From positions 256,001 through 320,000 of the forward strand of contig CAVXLD010000005.1 in assembly GCA_963762565.1 (NCBI GenBank): a DNA stretch of 64,000 nucleotides, given 5' to 3'. The DNA comes from an uncultured Verrucomicrobiae bacterium. GTDB lineage: Bacteria > Verrucomicrobiota > Verrucomicrobiia > Chthoniobacterales > JAFAMB01. Shown here piece after piece: positions 38,000 through 47,465 of the stretch. A program made the position numbers and the translations under genes. Numbering within the stretch: the first letter of the stretch is position 1; each line of letters opens with the position of its first letter. The notes beneath the pieces were generated by a model. The model was given only the letters and a program-made list of their open reading frames with translations, was not told where the DNA came from and did no database searches.

Positions 38000-39612
38000 G
38001 GGGCTGTTGCCCAATAGCGCCTAATTAGTATGAGAATTTTGGGTTAGTAATTGGAAGGTTTGGCGAAGGGTTAGCTTGGCAAGAAGGAGGTTGAAATCGG
38101 GTGAAGGAGCCGGGTGAGCCAGCGGAGCAACTGAGTAAGGCGATAGGCTAGCGCAGGGTTGGTTTGGGAGAGATGCCTGAGGAGTTTTCTCAGGTTCTGT
38201 ACCGTAGCAATGAGTAAGTCTTGGATAGCTTGCTTCCAAAGTCCACGCCAACGAGAACGCTTGAGCCCATGACGATTGGCGGCGTCGGCAAAGCTCCTTT
38301 CCATGAGATGTTGGCGGCGTTTAAGGTCGGCTTTAGCAGCCTTGGAGTTAGCAATTTTGCGAGCCTTTTCTAACCAGGCTTGATCCCGATGGCGGTGAAT
38401 GGTGCGTCCGGTGCGGGAACGAGTGCACAAGGCGCGCAGCTTGCACACTAAACAGGTCCCCTTGGCGGTGACATATTCCCAGGTCAAGCGCTTGGGGTGT
38501 AAGCGCCTGGCTTTCATGATCTGCTTGGCGGGACAGAGATAGGTATTAGTCTGTGCATCGTATCTAAAATGCTCGTCGGAATAAATGCCCTCGCTTCGTC
38601 CCTTACCTCGGATCGACTCCCCCAGCAGCTTCACATGGGCTTTAATCCCCGCTTTTTGACAGCTAATCAGGTTGCTGACGCTGCCGTAACGCGCATCAGC
38701 AATCACAGTTCGCACTGCTTGATCGGTAGTATCTTCATGAGCTTCAATGAGCCTCAACAGTTGCGAGGCTTCGTCGACCGCACCGGTGGTGGTCTCTACG
38801 GCGGTGATGATCTCATGGGCATCGTCGACTACTCGATGAGTCTTATAGCGTAAGCGGCTCTTTAGGCCGGCGTGTCGAACTAGAGTCGCATCCGGGTCGG
38901 TCGTACTGCGGAACTGGCGATTGGTTTTGGAGTATTGGCCAATGGCAGAACCGCCGCTGCCGCTGTCCCCTGATGGCGGATCTTGGTCTTGGTCGTGTTC
39001 ATCGAGCTTTTGCACTTGCTCTTTGGCAGTTTGCTCGATGGCATTGAGCGTCTCCGCAGACAGGGGCTTAACTGAACCCAGATTGGCATCGGCCTCCACT
39101 AGGCTCGCATCCACGTGGATCTTACGGCCTTCTACCAGACCAGCCTCCACGCACTGCTGCACTACCCGGCTAAATAGCGAGACAAACACTTCTTTACCCC
39201 AGCGCTTGCGCGCCTTGCTCAACACACTGTGGTCGGGAATCTGATCGTCTAGCCCATAGCCAAGAAACCAAAGGTAATCCAGCCGTTCAGGGATGATGCG
39301 CATCAGCTCCCGCTCGCTCTTGATATCATCCAAGAATAACAACAACATCATCCGGACAATCACTTCGGGCGGAACCGACTTGTTGCCTCTTCGCCCATAA
39401 GTGTGCGCTACCTCCTTACGCACAAAACTCAAATCTAACGCCGCCCTGATCCGCCGCAGTGGATGATCGTCCCGCACCCGCTTATCTAAATTGACCCGAT
39501 AGCTCCAGATCGGAACCTGCGAGTCTTCTTCGTCCATCATGGGAACAATACACTATCAAATCTGTAACCAGCAAAGCAATACTATAATGGTTATTAATTG
39601 GGCAACACGCCC
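38000..39612 (-). mobile_element. IS1182-family insertion sequence
   Basis: 16-bp TIRs ggggctgttgcccaat / gggcgtgttgcccaat; flanks TTTA/TATA. Confidence 0.9.
38071..39540 (-). CDS. IS1182-family transposase
   Basis: DHPLRRI, PDHSVLSKAR, HVDAS, STTDPDA, ADARY and ERSFADA; the ORF is intact. Confidence 0.93.
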   Translation of the reverse strand: MMDEEDSQVPIWSYRVNLDKRVRDDHPLRRIRAALDLSFVRKEVAHTYGRRGNKSVPPEVIVRMMLLLFLDDIKSERELMRIIPERLDYLWFLGYGLDDQIPDHSVLSKARKRWGKEVFVSLFSRVVQQCVEAGLVEGRKIHVDASLVEADANLGSVKPLSAETLNAIEQTAKEQVQKLDEHDQDQDPPSGDSGSGGSAIGQYSKTNRQFRSTTDPDATLVRHAGLKSRLRYKTHRVVDDAHEIITAVETTTGAVDEASQLLRLIEAHEDTTDQAVRTVIADARYGSVSNLISCQKAGIKAHVKLLGESIRGKGRSEGIYSDEHFRYDAQTNTYLCPAKQIMKARRLHPKRLTWEYVTAKGTCLVCKLRALCTRSRTGRTIHRHRDQAWLEKARKIANSKAAKADLKRRQHLMERSFADAANRHGLKRSRWRGLWKQAIQDLLIATVQNLRKLLRHLSQTNPALAYRLTQLLRWLTRLLHPISTSFLPS

Positions 39613-39780
39613 TATAGATGCGACCCCTTTTGTGCGACCGCTTTTGGACCCCTTTTGGCGCCGGCCCATTTAGACCCCTTGGGCGGGGGTGTTTAGGGCT
39701 GGGTCGAAGTTGATTTAGCGCTCGGCTTTCTCCCTGCCGGGCCAAAGCTATCCTGACGGGTTGATTTTCCACGCCGGGTA

Positions 39781-40671
39781 TTGCTTTGTAAGGTTGTGTT
39801 AAGCTCCCCCGAAGGGTCCGGCCGCACAGGCATCGAACCGCTAGAGTTTGTCTGGACCTGCTCGAAGCAGCTCGTTGACGATTGCCAAAAAACGCATTTT
39901 ACCGGTGATCGACTTGTAATCACCGAAAAATGTTTTCGGCGAATCATGCTGATGACGCTGAGCTTTCTTCGGCTAAATCCTTTAAGTTCATTTTTCATAA
40001 AAGATGGTCACTGGGATTTGCCCTCTTGTGCCGCGATTGCCCGGTGCATTATCGAAACTTATTTGCGGATGTTTTACTTCGGAGTTGAGCAACTAAACGA
40101 AGCTGAAAGCTCGTTTCGCGTTCGCCTGATGACATACCATGCAGCCTTTCAGGGACTAGAGATTCACACTGATTCACGGATGCCGGAAGGACTGCTTGGA
40201 GAGCAACAGCGCCTGGTTAGTGTCACTCGCTCCTCTTTAGAGAGCGATGCCTACTTTCAAGGCCTACCTGCGGACTGGAGGAAGAATCTCATAGAAAACC
40301 CGAGCCGAATTGATTTGCCCAGAGCGAGTGAGCAAGCAGGCATCAGCCCCGGTTTTCACCATTCAAGCTACGAGTTCTGCTCAAGCTTTATTCACGGCTC
40401 ACTTTTCGCAATGTACTTGACCGAGCAGGTAAATCTAAAGACTGGCTCCGGGGAAGAACACTTTCGATACCTTGCCGATATTGCCCTCGCGTATGTTGCG
40501 ATGGGTGTTCGCGATTTCACAAAAGCGTTCCCAGAGATCGCAATCGAAAATCCCAGGCTAACTTATCTTTGTGAAGTCTGGACACACCTGGTGAAATGGG
40601 AAAAACTTCCTGGCTTCGACCAGGCGAGAGAGATAGCGGACAACCTCGAAAAGCAAAGCAGTCAGGGCTAA
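39781..40671 (+). CDS. DUF5677/HEPN-like protein
   Basis: ARCIIE and YEFCSSFIHG motifs. Confidence 0.6.
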   Translation: MLCKVVLSSPEGSGRTGIEPLEFVWTCSKQLVDDCQKTHFTGDRLVITEKCFRRIMLMTLSFLRLNPLSSFFIKDGHWDLPSCAAIARCIIETYLRMFYFGVEQLNEAESSFRVRLMTYHAAFQGLEIHTDSRMPEGLLGEQQRLVSVTRSSLESDAYFQGLPADWRKNLIENPSRIDLPRASEQAGISPGFHHSSYEFCSSFIHGSLFAMYLTEQVNLKTGSGEEHFRYLADIALAYVAMGVRDFTKAFPEIAIENPRLTYLCEVWTHLVKWEKLPGFDQAREIADNLEKQSSQG

Positions 40672-40684
40672 GCGGGGGCTGAGG

Positions 40685-41326
40685 TTATGGGCTGGGCGAG
40701 GAGCTTACCTGTTTTACTCTGCGAGTGTCTAATTTTCCATCATAGAAAACCTCAACCTCGCAACTCGCGGATCCTGCGTTCTCGGCAGTGGCAATCAGGC
40801 GGAATAGATATGTTCCTCGGTGGTCATTTAAGACCTGCTGGCCTTTGAACAGTTTGTCCACACGAAAATCCCACAGGGCGTCGCGGTCTGAAAACCTCAC
40901 CAGGTCCACATAAAAGTGAATGTTCTCGTCACGGGGTATGTCTCGAGGGTCGAGCTTGTGTCCTGCCCAAGAAACAATTGCTGAATCGTGAAGCGAATTT
41001 GGGAGATCCCCTCCTGGGGTGTACTTCTTTCGGAGGGACGTCAGAAACACCTGCGCGCCCTTGGCTGGTCTGCCTCCCGTATTACTCACCCTTGCGCGAA
41101 TGTAAACCTCGTTAATTTCTCCGCTATCGGTTTGACGCTTAATCTCGACGTTGTTCGCTTCGGCCACCGGGTCGTAATCGACCCTTAGTCTCGGTCTGGA
41201 ACGCCAATCGCGCCAGTGTTGATACACTCCTGACAGAAGGCCGCCCAAGATCCCGCCAACAAGCGCGCAAACGGAACCGAATAGTGCTATTTGCCAGGTT
41301 TCGGTCATTCCGGTGCATTGATTCAC
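40685..41326 (-). CDS. Hypothetical protein with an N-terminal membrane anchor
   Basis: One TM helix, then RPRLRV and a beta-rich domain. Confidence 0.7.
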   Translation of the reverse strand: MNQCTGMTETWQIALFGSVCALVGGILGGLLSGVYQHWRDWRSRPRLRVDYDPVAEANNVEIKRQTDSGEINEVYIRARVSNTGGRPAKGAQVFLTSLRKKYTPGGDLPNSLHDSAIVSWAGHKLDPRDIPRDENIHFYVDLVRFSDRDALWDFRVDKLFKGQQVLNDHRGTYLFRLIATAENAGSASCEVEVFYDGKLDTRRVKQVSSSPSP

Positions 41327-41406
41327 GGAGTCAGTATTCCAGCACCGCCGGAGCCGACCAATACGTCATTCGGCGTATTGACATTTGTTTCCTCCCCTGA
41401 AGGGTA

Positions 41407-42642
41407 TCAGACTAGCGGTGGCGGTTGGCTAGGAATGTCAAAGACAAGAACAGCTAACTGAAGCTCCCGATCGGGGTGGTCTTTGTTTGCGATTACGAAA
41501 CGAAAGACGGATTGTTCAGCCCCTTTTGAGGTTGTGCGCTTGAAGTGGCTATGCGCTTCGACTGTAGGAACAATCTTCTCAAGGACTTCCGTTATTCCCT
41601 TGTTCTTGTTGAAAAGCAGGACAGCGGTTTTCGTGTTTCTCCAGGTTGTATAACCAAGGAGTTGGTCGATTGCCCCTGTCAGGCTCGCCGGTCCTTTCCA
41701 AATTTTGCACTCCGCAATGAAGATGCACTTGCCATTCTCGGTGACAAATATGTCAGCCTTACCGCCTTTTGAGAATGTCTCGGCGGTCACGGTCCCTCTG
41801 TAGCTATCGTTTAGGCTAACCAGCAGGATATTACGGATATCGTTCTCCGAAAGACCGGCGTAGGTCGTCGGACTGCGCTCGATCGCCTCGGACATATTCT
41901 GGAGGCTTTCCAAAATCTGGCTGTAGTGCGCATCTACCAGCGCTGGCTCTGGAGCAAAGGGCGTAGCGGTTGTTTGGAGCGGCTTGGGAGGACGTTTTCT
42001 AGTCAGGGGAACAGGCGCGAAGGAACTTATGTCCGGTCGTTGACGAATGGGAACTGCAATTTCACGCCGAATATCGCTAAGCCGCTCGAGCTCCAGTCGC
42101 CGATCCTCAAGATGAAGCCGGATCAGTCTCGGCAGTTCCGCGTTAAACGCTTCTATATCAATGCGTAGATTTTCGACCCAAGCCGTTAGTTCGAGCACGG
42201 CTTCGTCGATTTTTCGCTTTAGGTCTATGCCAGTTTCATTCGCTTCCAGCAAAATGGAAATCCGCAGCTCGCGTGCATGTACGTTTCCCCTCGGGACGGA
42301 ATAGGAATACCTTGAAGGCCTTATCTCGAACCAGCTTGCATCTCCTGTAAATGGAACGGCAAAGACATAGAAATTAGCCTTTGTCGTCACAATTTGCGGA
42401 CCTACAGTGATTTTCTTTTTTAGCTCTCCTTCCTCTGCCATTTCGAGTTGGTTCGTGTTCACGCGCAGAGGCGTGAGCTCACGAATCCCCAGGATGTGGT
42501 CTACGAGATCTTCAACCGGATGCCCAAAAATGTCGGCTTCGCTCAGCTTGCCAATTGTACTCGCGATCTCTTGTCCTTCGTGTTCGAGCACTATCCGCGA
42601 TTCGTGCGTAGAAAATAGTTGTTTACCGGGCGAGTATGGCAT
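41407..42642 (-). CDS. Hypothetical protein with a C-terminal PD-(D/E)XK nuclease-like domain
   Basis: SENDIR...AE...GKADI...FIAECKIW...QLLGY. Confidence 0.7.
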   Translation of the reverse strand: MPYSPGKQLFSTHESRIVLEHEGQEIASTIGKLSEADIFGHPVEDLVDHILGIRELTPLRVNTNQLEMAEEGELKKKITVGPQIVTTKANFYVFAVPFTGDASWFEIRPSRYSYSVPRGNVHARELRISILLEANETGIDLKRKIDEAVLELTAWVENLRIDIEAFNAELPRLIRLHLEDRRLELERLSDIRREIAVPIRQRPDISSFAPVPLTRKRPPKPLQTTATPFAPEPALVDAHYSQILESLQNMSEAIERSPTTYAGLSENDIRNILLVSLNDSYRGTVTAETFSKGGKADIFVTENGKCIFIAECKIWKGPASLTGAIDQLLGYTTWRNTKTAVLLFNKNKGITEVLEKIVPTVEAHSHFKRTTSKGAEQSVFRFVIANKDHPDRELQLAVLVFDIPSQPPPLV

Positions 42643-42776
42643 GGCGGCAATTCAATAGCCTAGTTCATTCAGTCCTTCCCTTAGAAGTGTTGGGAATTAA
42701 AAACGTCCACCAAGCGTCCACGCTACACGCTCTGTTAGTGGTTATTATCTCTCGTAACTGCCTCTCTCCGAACAAC

Positions 42777-42847
42777 CTGCCTCGCATGGATTCGAACCAT
42801 GACAAAGTGATCCAGAGTCACTTGTGCTACCGTTACACCACGAGGCA
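42777..42847 (-). tRNA. tRNA-Gln (anticodon CTG); CCA not encoded
   Basis: TGCCTCG/CGAGGCA acceptor stem, AGTGA-CTCTGGA-TCACT anticodon arm and CATGG-TTCGAAT-CCATG T arm. Confidence 0.97.
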
Positions 42848-42994
42848 AAAGGGAGGGAAATTCGCATACCATATCGTGGGCAAATCGCAAGCAAAAGACA
42901 TGACAGATGACAAATCCCAAATGACGGATTGGGAGAGTCCAGCAACACGGAAAGTGGGGCGGCCGGCGGAGTCTAATCCGAAAACGCTGGGCCG

Positions 42995-43087
42995 CGGCTC
43001 GGCGCGCGTATTGGCCCCCTAAGATCCAGCACCGAAGAATTAATGCCGCTGCGAAACCTTCTCGGCCATTCGGGAGCCTCGCCCCAC
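42995..43087. repeat. REP with a 69-nt loop insert (family C)
   Basis: cggctcggc-[69 nt]-ggagcctcgccccac. Confidence 0.75.
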
Positions 43088-43139
43088 CAAGTGAGGCATC
43101 GCCGATATTTGCTATTTGCTATTCGGGCGTAGCCGCCGC

Positions 43140-43961
43140 TCAGCTACCAAACGGATTCGTGACATTCGTTCCCGCCGGGGGAGAGAAATCGTAGACCGAG
43201 TCAGGGACCGGATCACGTTTTACGTCCGAGTAGTCAATCAACACTCGTTCCCCGCGTGGGCTCTGATAGTCAACTTTCTCCGGGGTCAGATCTGTCTTCA
43301 TCGTGAGAGTCAGCGATTTCACTAACCGACGAATTGCTGCCGTTTTCGGGGTTAAGGTGACCATGTAAGTGTCTCCGTCTTTGGTGCCCTCAATGCTGTA
43401 GTAGTCGGATACCCGCTGAAAATTGAGTCCGGCGGTCAGCGCCTCTAACGATTGCCGGATGATCGGTCGTTTAACGAGATCGTATTGTTCAGCTGTTTTC
43501 AGGTTGGGATAATAGATGGTCATTGTCTTGCCATCGATCACCGTCGTACTGGGCGAATTACCAGTGATTTCCCGCCGGATCATGTCCGGAGGCGTAAACC
43601 AGATCTTGCCCACGTTGATGACCGGCTCCTTCAAAATGGCGACGTGCCGTTCCTCTCTGAAGTTAGCCTGAAGGGAGGTACGATTCTGGTAAACCGTTTC
43701 CAGGCGTTGCACCAGGTTGGTGATCTCGTCCTGGGAGAGAGGAGCTGCGTGCAAAACCGAGGCGAAGAAAACGGTGATTAGCAAAACGACTATGGGGCTT
43801 CTCGGCGCGCGAGGACGCGCGCCCTCCCTTCCTAATCTAAGGTGGGCGGGAACAAAGCGTGATTGGTGATTAGTGATTCGTGATTGGTTGTTTTCGGCGA
43901 TCACAGCGAGGCCGGCCTTCCCGGCGCTGTTCCTTGAGAAAATAGCGATGTTCTTAGTCAT
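43140..43961 (-). CDS. lolA: Outer-membrane lipoprotein carrier LolA-like protein (start uncertain)
   Basis: LQANFREE, GKIWF..P...R, DGKTMTIY and YDFSPPAG. Confidence 0.8.
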   Translation of the reverse strand: MTKNIAIFSRNSAGKAGLAVIAENNQSRITNHQSRFVPAHLRLGREGARPRAPRSPIVVLLITVFFASVLHAAPLSQDEITNLVQRLETVYQNRTSLQANFREERHVAILKEPVINVGKIWFTPPDMIRREITGNSPSTTVIDGKTMTIYYPNLKTAEQYDLVKRPIIRQSLEALTAGLNFQRVSDYYSIEGTKDGDTYMVTLTPKTAAIRRLVKSLTLTMKTDLTPEKVDYQSPRGERVLIDYSDVKRDPVPDSVYDFSPPAGTNVTNPFGS

Positions 43962-44084
43962 TTAGTAAACTCTTCAAACTCAACAAGCTAACCCGCATCC
44001 AAATGATTCGGCTAAGCCGAACCATTCGGATGCCGTAGCCTGCATCGCTCAAAAATCCGTAACAGATTTTTGAGCGACGCAGGC

Positions 44085-45005
44085 TCAAGTCTGCCAGATG
44101 GGGACAAAGTTAAACCATTGATCGGGAAATTCCCGGATAATGGTTTCAAAGACGTCAGCCACCCGTTGGGTATTGTTCTCGGTGGTGACAGTACTGTCCA
44201 TCTCGACCGGCGGATAGGCGTAACAACCATACCGGCCCGGCTGAAGTTGCAGCACGAAAGCGGGAATGACGGTCGCGCCAGTATGTTGCCAGATCCGGGC
44301 TGCCGCCGCGGAGAAAAGGGTCGGTTTGCCGAAGAACCTGACGTCAACACCGCTATTGAGATAGGGCCGGTCCACCAGCATCGCGACCAGCTCATTGCGG
44401 CGCAGCGCCTGGATAATCTCCACAAAAGCGAATTTATCGGCGCCTACGGTGATGGTTTTGATCCCGAACCGCGACCGATATTTCTGGCGCCAAACATCAA
44501 GTTTCGGAGTCGGTTCCCGCATGGTGACCACATTGACCGGGAAGCCTTCCGCGGCCAAGACCATGCCGCCGAGTTCCCAGGCGCCAAGGTGTCCGGTGAC
44601 TAATAATGTGCCGCGGCCTCGGGCCCGGGCTTGGTCGAGGAATTCGAAGCCACGCCGCGCCACGATTAATTGGTTCATGGCGGGTACACCGCCGGCGGCG
44701 GCATCGCAGAAGTCGTGGAGCATCCGTAAGAAGTTTTGGAAACAAGCCAGGCAAAGCTCAGCGGAATCCTGGTTGCTCAATTGCGCCAGATTGGAGAGGA
44801 GAGCATCCCGGCGTTCCGGGCAAAACCGGTAGCCCAGTCCGCCGACGCCGGCAGCAAACGACCGGGTCCAAGGACGCGGCAAGTGACGGACAAGCCAGTT
44901 GGCGATCTCGAAAGAGAATGGTGAGTACCAGGCGTTCCGCGGTAAGGACACATCGTTTTGGTTACCCGGGAGTGCCGGTACCGGCTCTGGCGCTGTCTGA
45001 TGCAT
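44085..45005 (-). CDS. Lysophospholipid/lipid A acyltransferase family (LpxL-like)
   Basis: GHLGAWE HX4E motif, VRFFG and PDQWFNF. Confidence 0.88.
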   Translation of the reverse strand: MHQTAPEPVPALPGNQNDVSLPRNAWYSPFSFEIANWLVRHLPRPWTRSFAAGVGGLGYRFCPERRDALLSNLAQLSNQDSAELCLACFQNFLRMLHDFCDAAAGGVPAMNQLIVARRGFEFLDQARARGRGTLLVTGHLGAWELGGMVLAAEGFPVNVVTMREPTPKLDVWRQKYRSRFGIKTITVGADKFAFVEIIQALRRNELVAMLVDRPYLNSGVDVRFFGKPTLFSAAAARIWQHTGATVIPAFVLQLQPGRYGCYAYPPVEMDSTVTTENNTQRVADVFETIIREFPDQWFNFVPIWQT

Positions 45006-45008
45006 GCC

Positions 45009-45500
45009 TTAGTGGGCGAAACTGAAGATCATCGATCCCCGCCGATGAAACACTACTTTCGCCCCAATGAGTTGATCCCCTTTCCGTTCGAAAGTGGCGT
45101 TCCAAATCTTGCCGCCCTGAGCTGATGTCTGGTTCGAGTCGAAGTAGGGGACAACCTGTTTGAGTAGCGCCCAACTCTTCAGCACGCTAGGGACGCGGTC
45201 CACAGGCGCGACAGGCCCGGTCCAGCCGTTCCGGGCGAGTAAACCGGTTGCAACCAATTGGTCGCCGTGGGCCTGGATCTGAAGCACTTCAGCTCCTCCT
45301 TTAGAAAAGATCAGATCGTAATCTCCGCTGGGCTGGGTTCTCAGGATCACATCGCCAACGACAGAAGTGTGGGAGGTTTGATAGACCATTTGGCCGTCAT
45401 GTTTCCTGGCGTTAGCGAGCCCGGGAAGCTCGTTTACGGTTTGACAGGCGGAGAATAACAGAGCGAGACAAAAAAGAGGAAGGGTCAGATAACGAGACAT
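45009..45500 (-). CDS. Hypothetical lipoprotein
   Basis: LFSAC lipobox; co-oriented and 3 bp from the acyltransferase. Confidence 0.75.
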   Translation of the reverse strand: MSRYLTLPLFCLALLFSACQTVNELPGLANARKHDGQMVYQTSHTSVVGDVILRTQPSGDYDLIFSKGGAEVLQIQAHGDQLVATGLLARNGWTGPVAPVDRVPSVLKSWALLKQVVPYFDSNQTSAQGGKIWNATFERKGDQLIGAKVVFHRRGSMIFSFAH

Positions 45501-45740
45501 CTTCTAAATCTTCGGATTCTTGAGCGGTTCCGGATGCCCATTCGACGCGCCTGAGGCTTGCTCAGGGTAGGCCGGCCCTAAGCAAGCCTAAAGCACGTCG
45601 ATGGGTTTTACATCCGATAGGTGTGCCCCGACAGTAGCAGGCACCCGCAGAGATTCAAACCCTCAGGTACCAAGGCATTAGACGAGTCAGGCACGCTTCT
45701 GGTTGCAATCGCAACGCTGTTATCGCCGCGATCGCCGACA

Positions 45741-45979
45741 ACGCCGACAACGCAAAACAGCGCCCAGCGCTAATCGTCCTCGTTCTCGTCGTCGTCCTCG
45801 TCCTCGATTTGAAACGGTGCAGCGCCCCGGCAGCTGAACCGCAAACCCCAGGTGATCAGGGGCCCTGTTATAGCGTCGGGGGGATTACACGTCAGGGACG
45901 TAACCGCGCGACTGGCGAGGACGAGGACGACGACGAGGACGAGAACGATTGCGCTGGGCTCCGTTTTACGTTGTCGGCG
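45741..45979. repeat. Inverted repeat with (CGTCCT)-type hexamer arms
   Basis: cgccgacaacg...cccagcgc..aatcgt.ctcg arms are mirrored. Confidence 0.8.
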
Positions 45980-46007
45980 ATCCCGGCGCTGACGGCGTTG
46001 CCGGCGT

Positions 46008-46721
46008 CTAGGGGAGCCCGTCTATGACCGTGCCAGCCTCTATTCCATGTCGTTCGAACCAGCCTTGGTTCACCAGAAGAGTGTAGGAAATCGCGTTGGA
46101 AAGGCTTGGCACTGGCGTCTCGTCGTAGGGTTGCATCGGCCGGATTTGAACAATTTTGCCGTCGGATTGAACAAACGCGATCGAGAGCGGGATAGAGGCA
46201 TCTTTCATCCAGAACGTAACCCGCTGGGGCGCAGGAAAGACAAAAAGCATCCCGGCATTTTCAGCGAGCGTTTGCCGGAAACGTAAACCTTTGGCGAGTT
46301 GCTGTGGAGTTTCCGCGACTTCGACGTCTAACGGTTCGTTTCCGATTTGGATTTGGGCGGTGCGAAACCCGTACTCGTCGAGTTCAGCGGATGGGGTGGA
46401 CGGAGCAGCCGGGTTGAATGGGCTTGAGGAGCTGAAAGGCGTGCCGCCGGTGAACGGGGTGACTGATGGATAGGGGGTCGCGCGATGAGTAGTGGACACC
46501 GTTGGGGTTGCAGTTGCCAGTGGCGTTTTCGTTCCCGGCGTTCCCGGCGATGACGGCGTTGTCGGCGTTGGCGTAGCCACAGCGGTCTCCGAATCGACCA
46601 AATAATAAATGCCGATTCCTAACGCAATGGCTCCCGCAAAACAGAACAATGCAGCTCCGATCAGGATCAATATGACGAGCGCTAACGGAACCTGACATGA
46701 GGAAGGCGTTGTCCTTTCCAT
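46008..46721 (-). CDS. DUF192 domain protein with TM anchor and Pro/Thr linker
   Basis: VEVAET..GLRFR, GMLFVF and FWMKD..IPLSIAF. Confidence 0.9.
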   Translation of the reverse strand: MERTTPSSCQVPLALVILILIGAALFCFAGAIALGIGIYYLVDSETAVATPTPTTPSSPGTPGTKTPLATATPTVSTTHRATPYPSVTPFTGGTPFSSSSPFNPAAPSTPSAELDEYGFRTAQIQIGNEPLDVEVAETPQQLAKGLRFRQTLAENAGMLFVFPAPQRVTFWMKDASIPLSIAFVQSDGKIVQIRPMQPYDETPVPSLSNAISYTLLVNQGWFERHGIEAGTVIDGLP

Positions 46722-46808
46722 GGACGTGTTTTACAAGAGACGTGAGCTAAGTCTTTTGCATGGAACCGGTTCCGGCGTACGTTCTGGCAACCTTTTGGAG
46801 ATTTGCTT

Positions 46809-47033
46809 ATGGATATTTATCTAGCGATTGGATTCGCGCCATTGGTTTTCGGATTATTCGCCCTCAGCCGGCCTCGCGCCCTGCGATATCTCATCGTAAT
46901 TGCCGGTGTACTGGCTTTAAGCGGTTGCTTGTCGCTCAAGCTTGGTAGCAATGACAAACCACCGCCAATAGCGGGGCAGAGCGCGGGTCCGGTTGATGTT
47001 GCCAATAGCATGGCGGAGGCACCGGGGAACTAG
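46809..47033 (+). CDS. Small membrane protein
   Basis: Two hydrophobic segments and a possible LSGC lipobox. Confidence 0.45.
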   Translation: MDIYLAIGFAPLVFGLFALSRPRALRYLIVIAGVLALSGCLSLKLGSNDKPPPIAGQSAGPVDVANSMAEAPGN

Positions 47034-47035
47034 GG

Positions 47036-47452
47036 GGAGGCGAAAGGGCGAAACGGCGTATGGGCGAAAGGGCGAAGGGGCGAAAGGGCGACAAACATCT
47101 GGAGGGGAGCCGCTTTGGTGCGTGCCTAAAAATCACGACAAATTTGCTCTGTCATGAGCGCGGCTGAGAAGTGTGCTAAACAAGCGGCTCCCGCGAATAA
47201 CCCGGCGCTCTGCAATTCTACCGCTCGCGCAGAAACACGAATCAATGACGCGGTGGGTGGGCCATCGCGCTGGGTAATTCCCGGGAGCCGCCTGCTTTCA
47301 CGTTTTCAGGTCAGGCTCGAGAAATAGCGAATACCGCGAGGCCGTAAGGCACGCACCAAAGCGGCTCCCCTCCAGGGCGCTTCGCGCCTCGATACGCCCA
47401 TACGCGCATACGCGCATACGCGCATACGCCCTTTCGCCCTTTCGCCCTTTCG
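47036..47452. repeat. Family A palindrome (47101-47373) flanked by inverted octamer runs
   Basis: Close copy of 27238-27509, with GGCGAAAG and CTTTCGCC runs on either side. Confidence 0.9.
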
Positions 47453-47465
47453 CATCTGCTATCTG

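Noticed and set aside
45531..45720. Structured leader as a riboswitch
   Set aside because: No aptamer consensus recognised; better explained as another small palindromic repeat.
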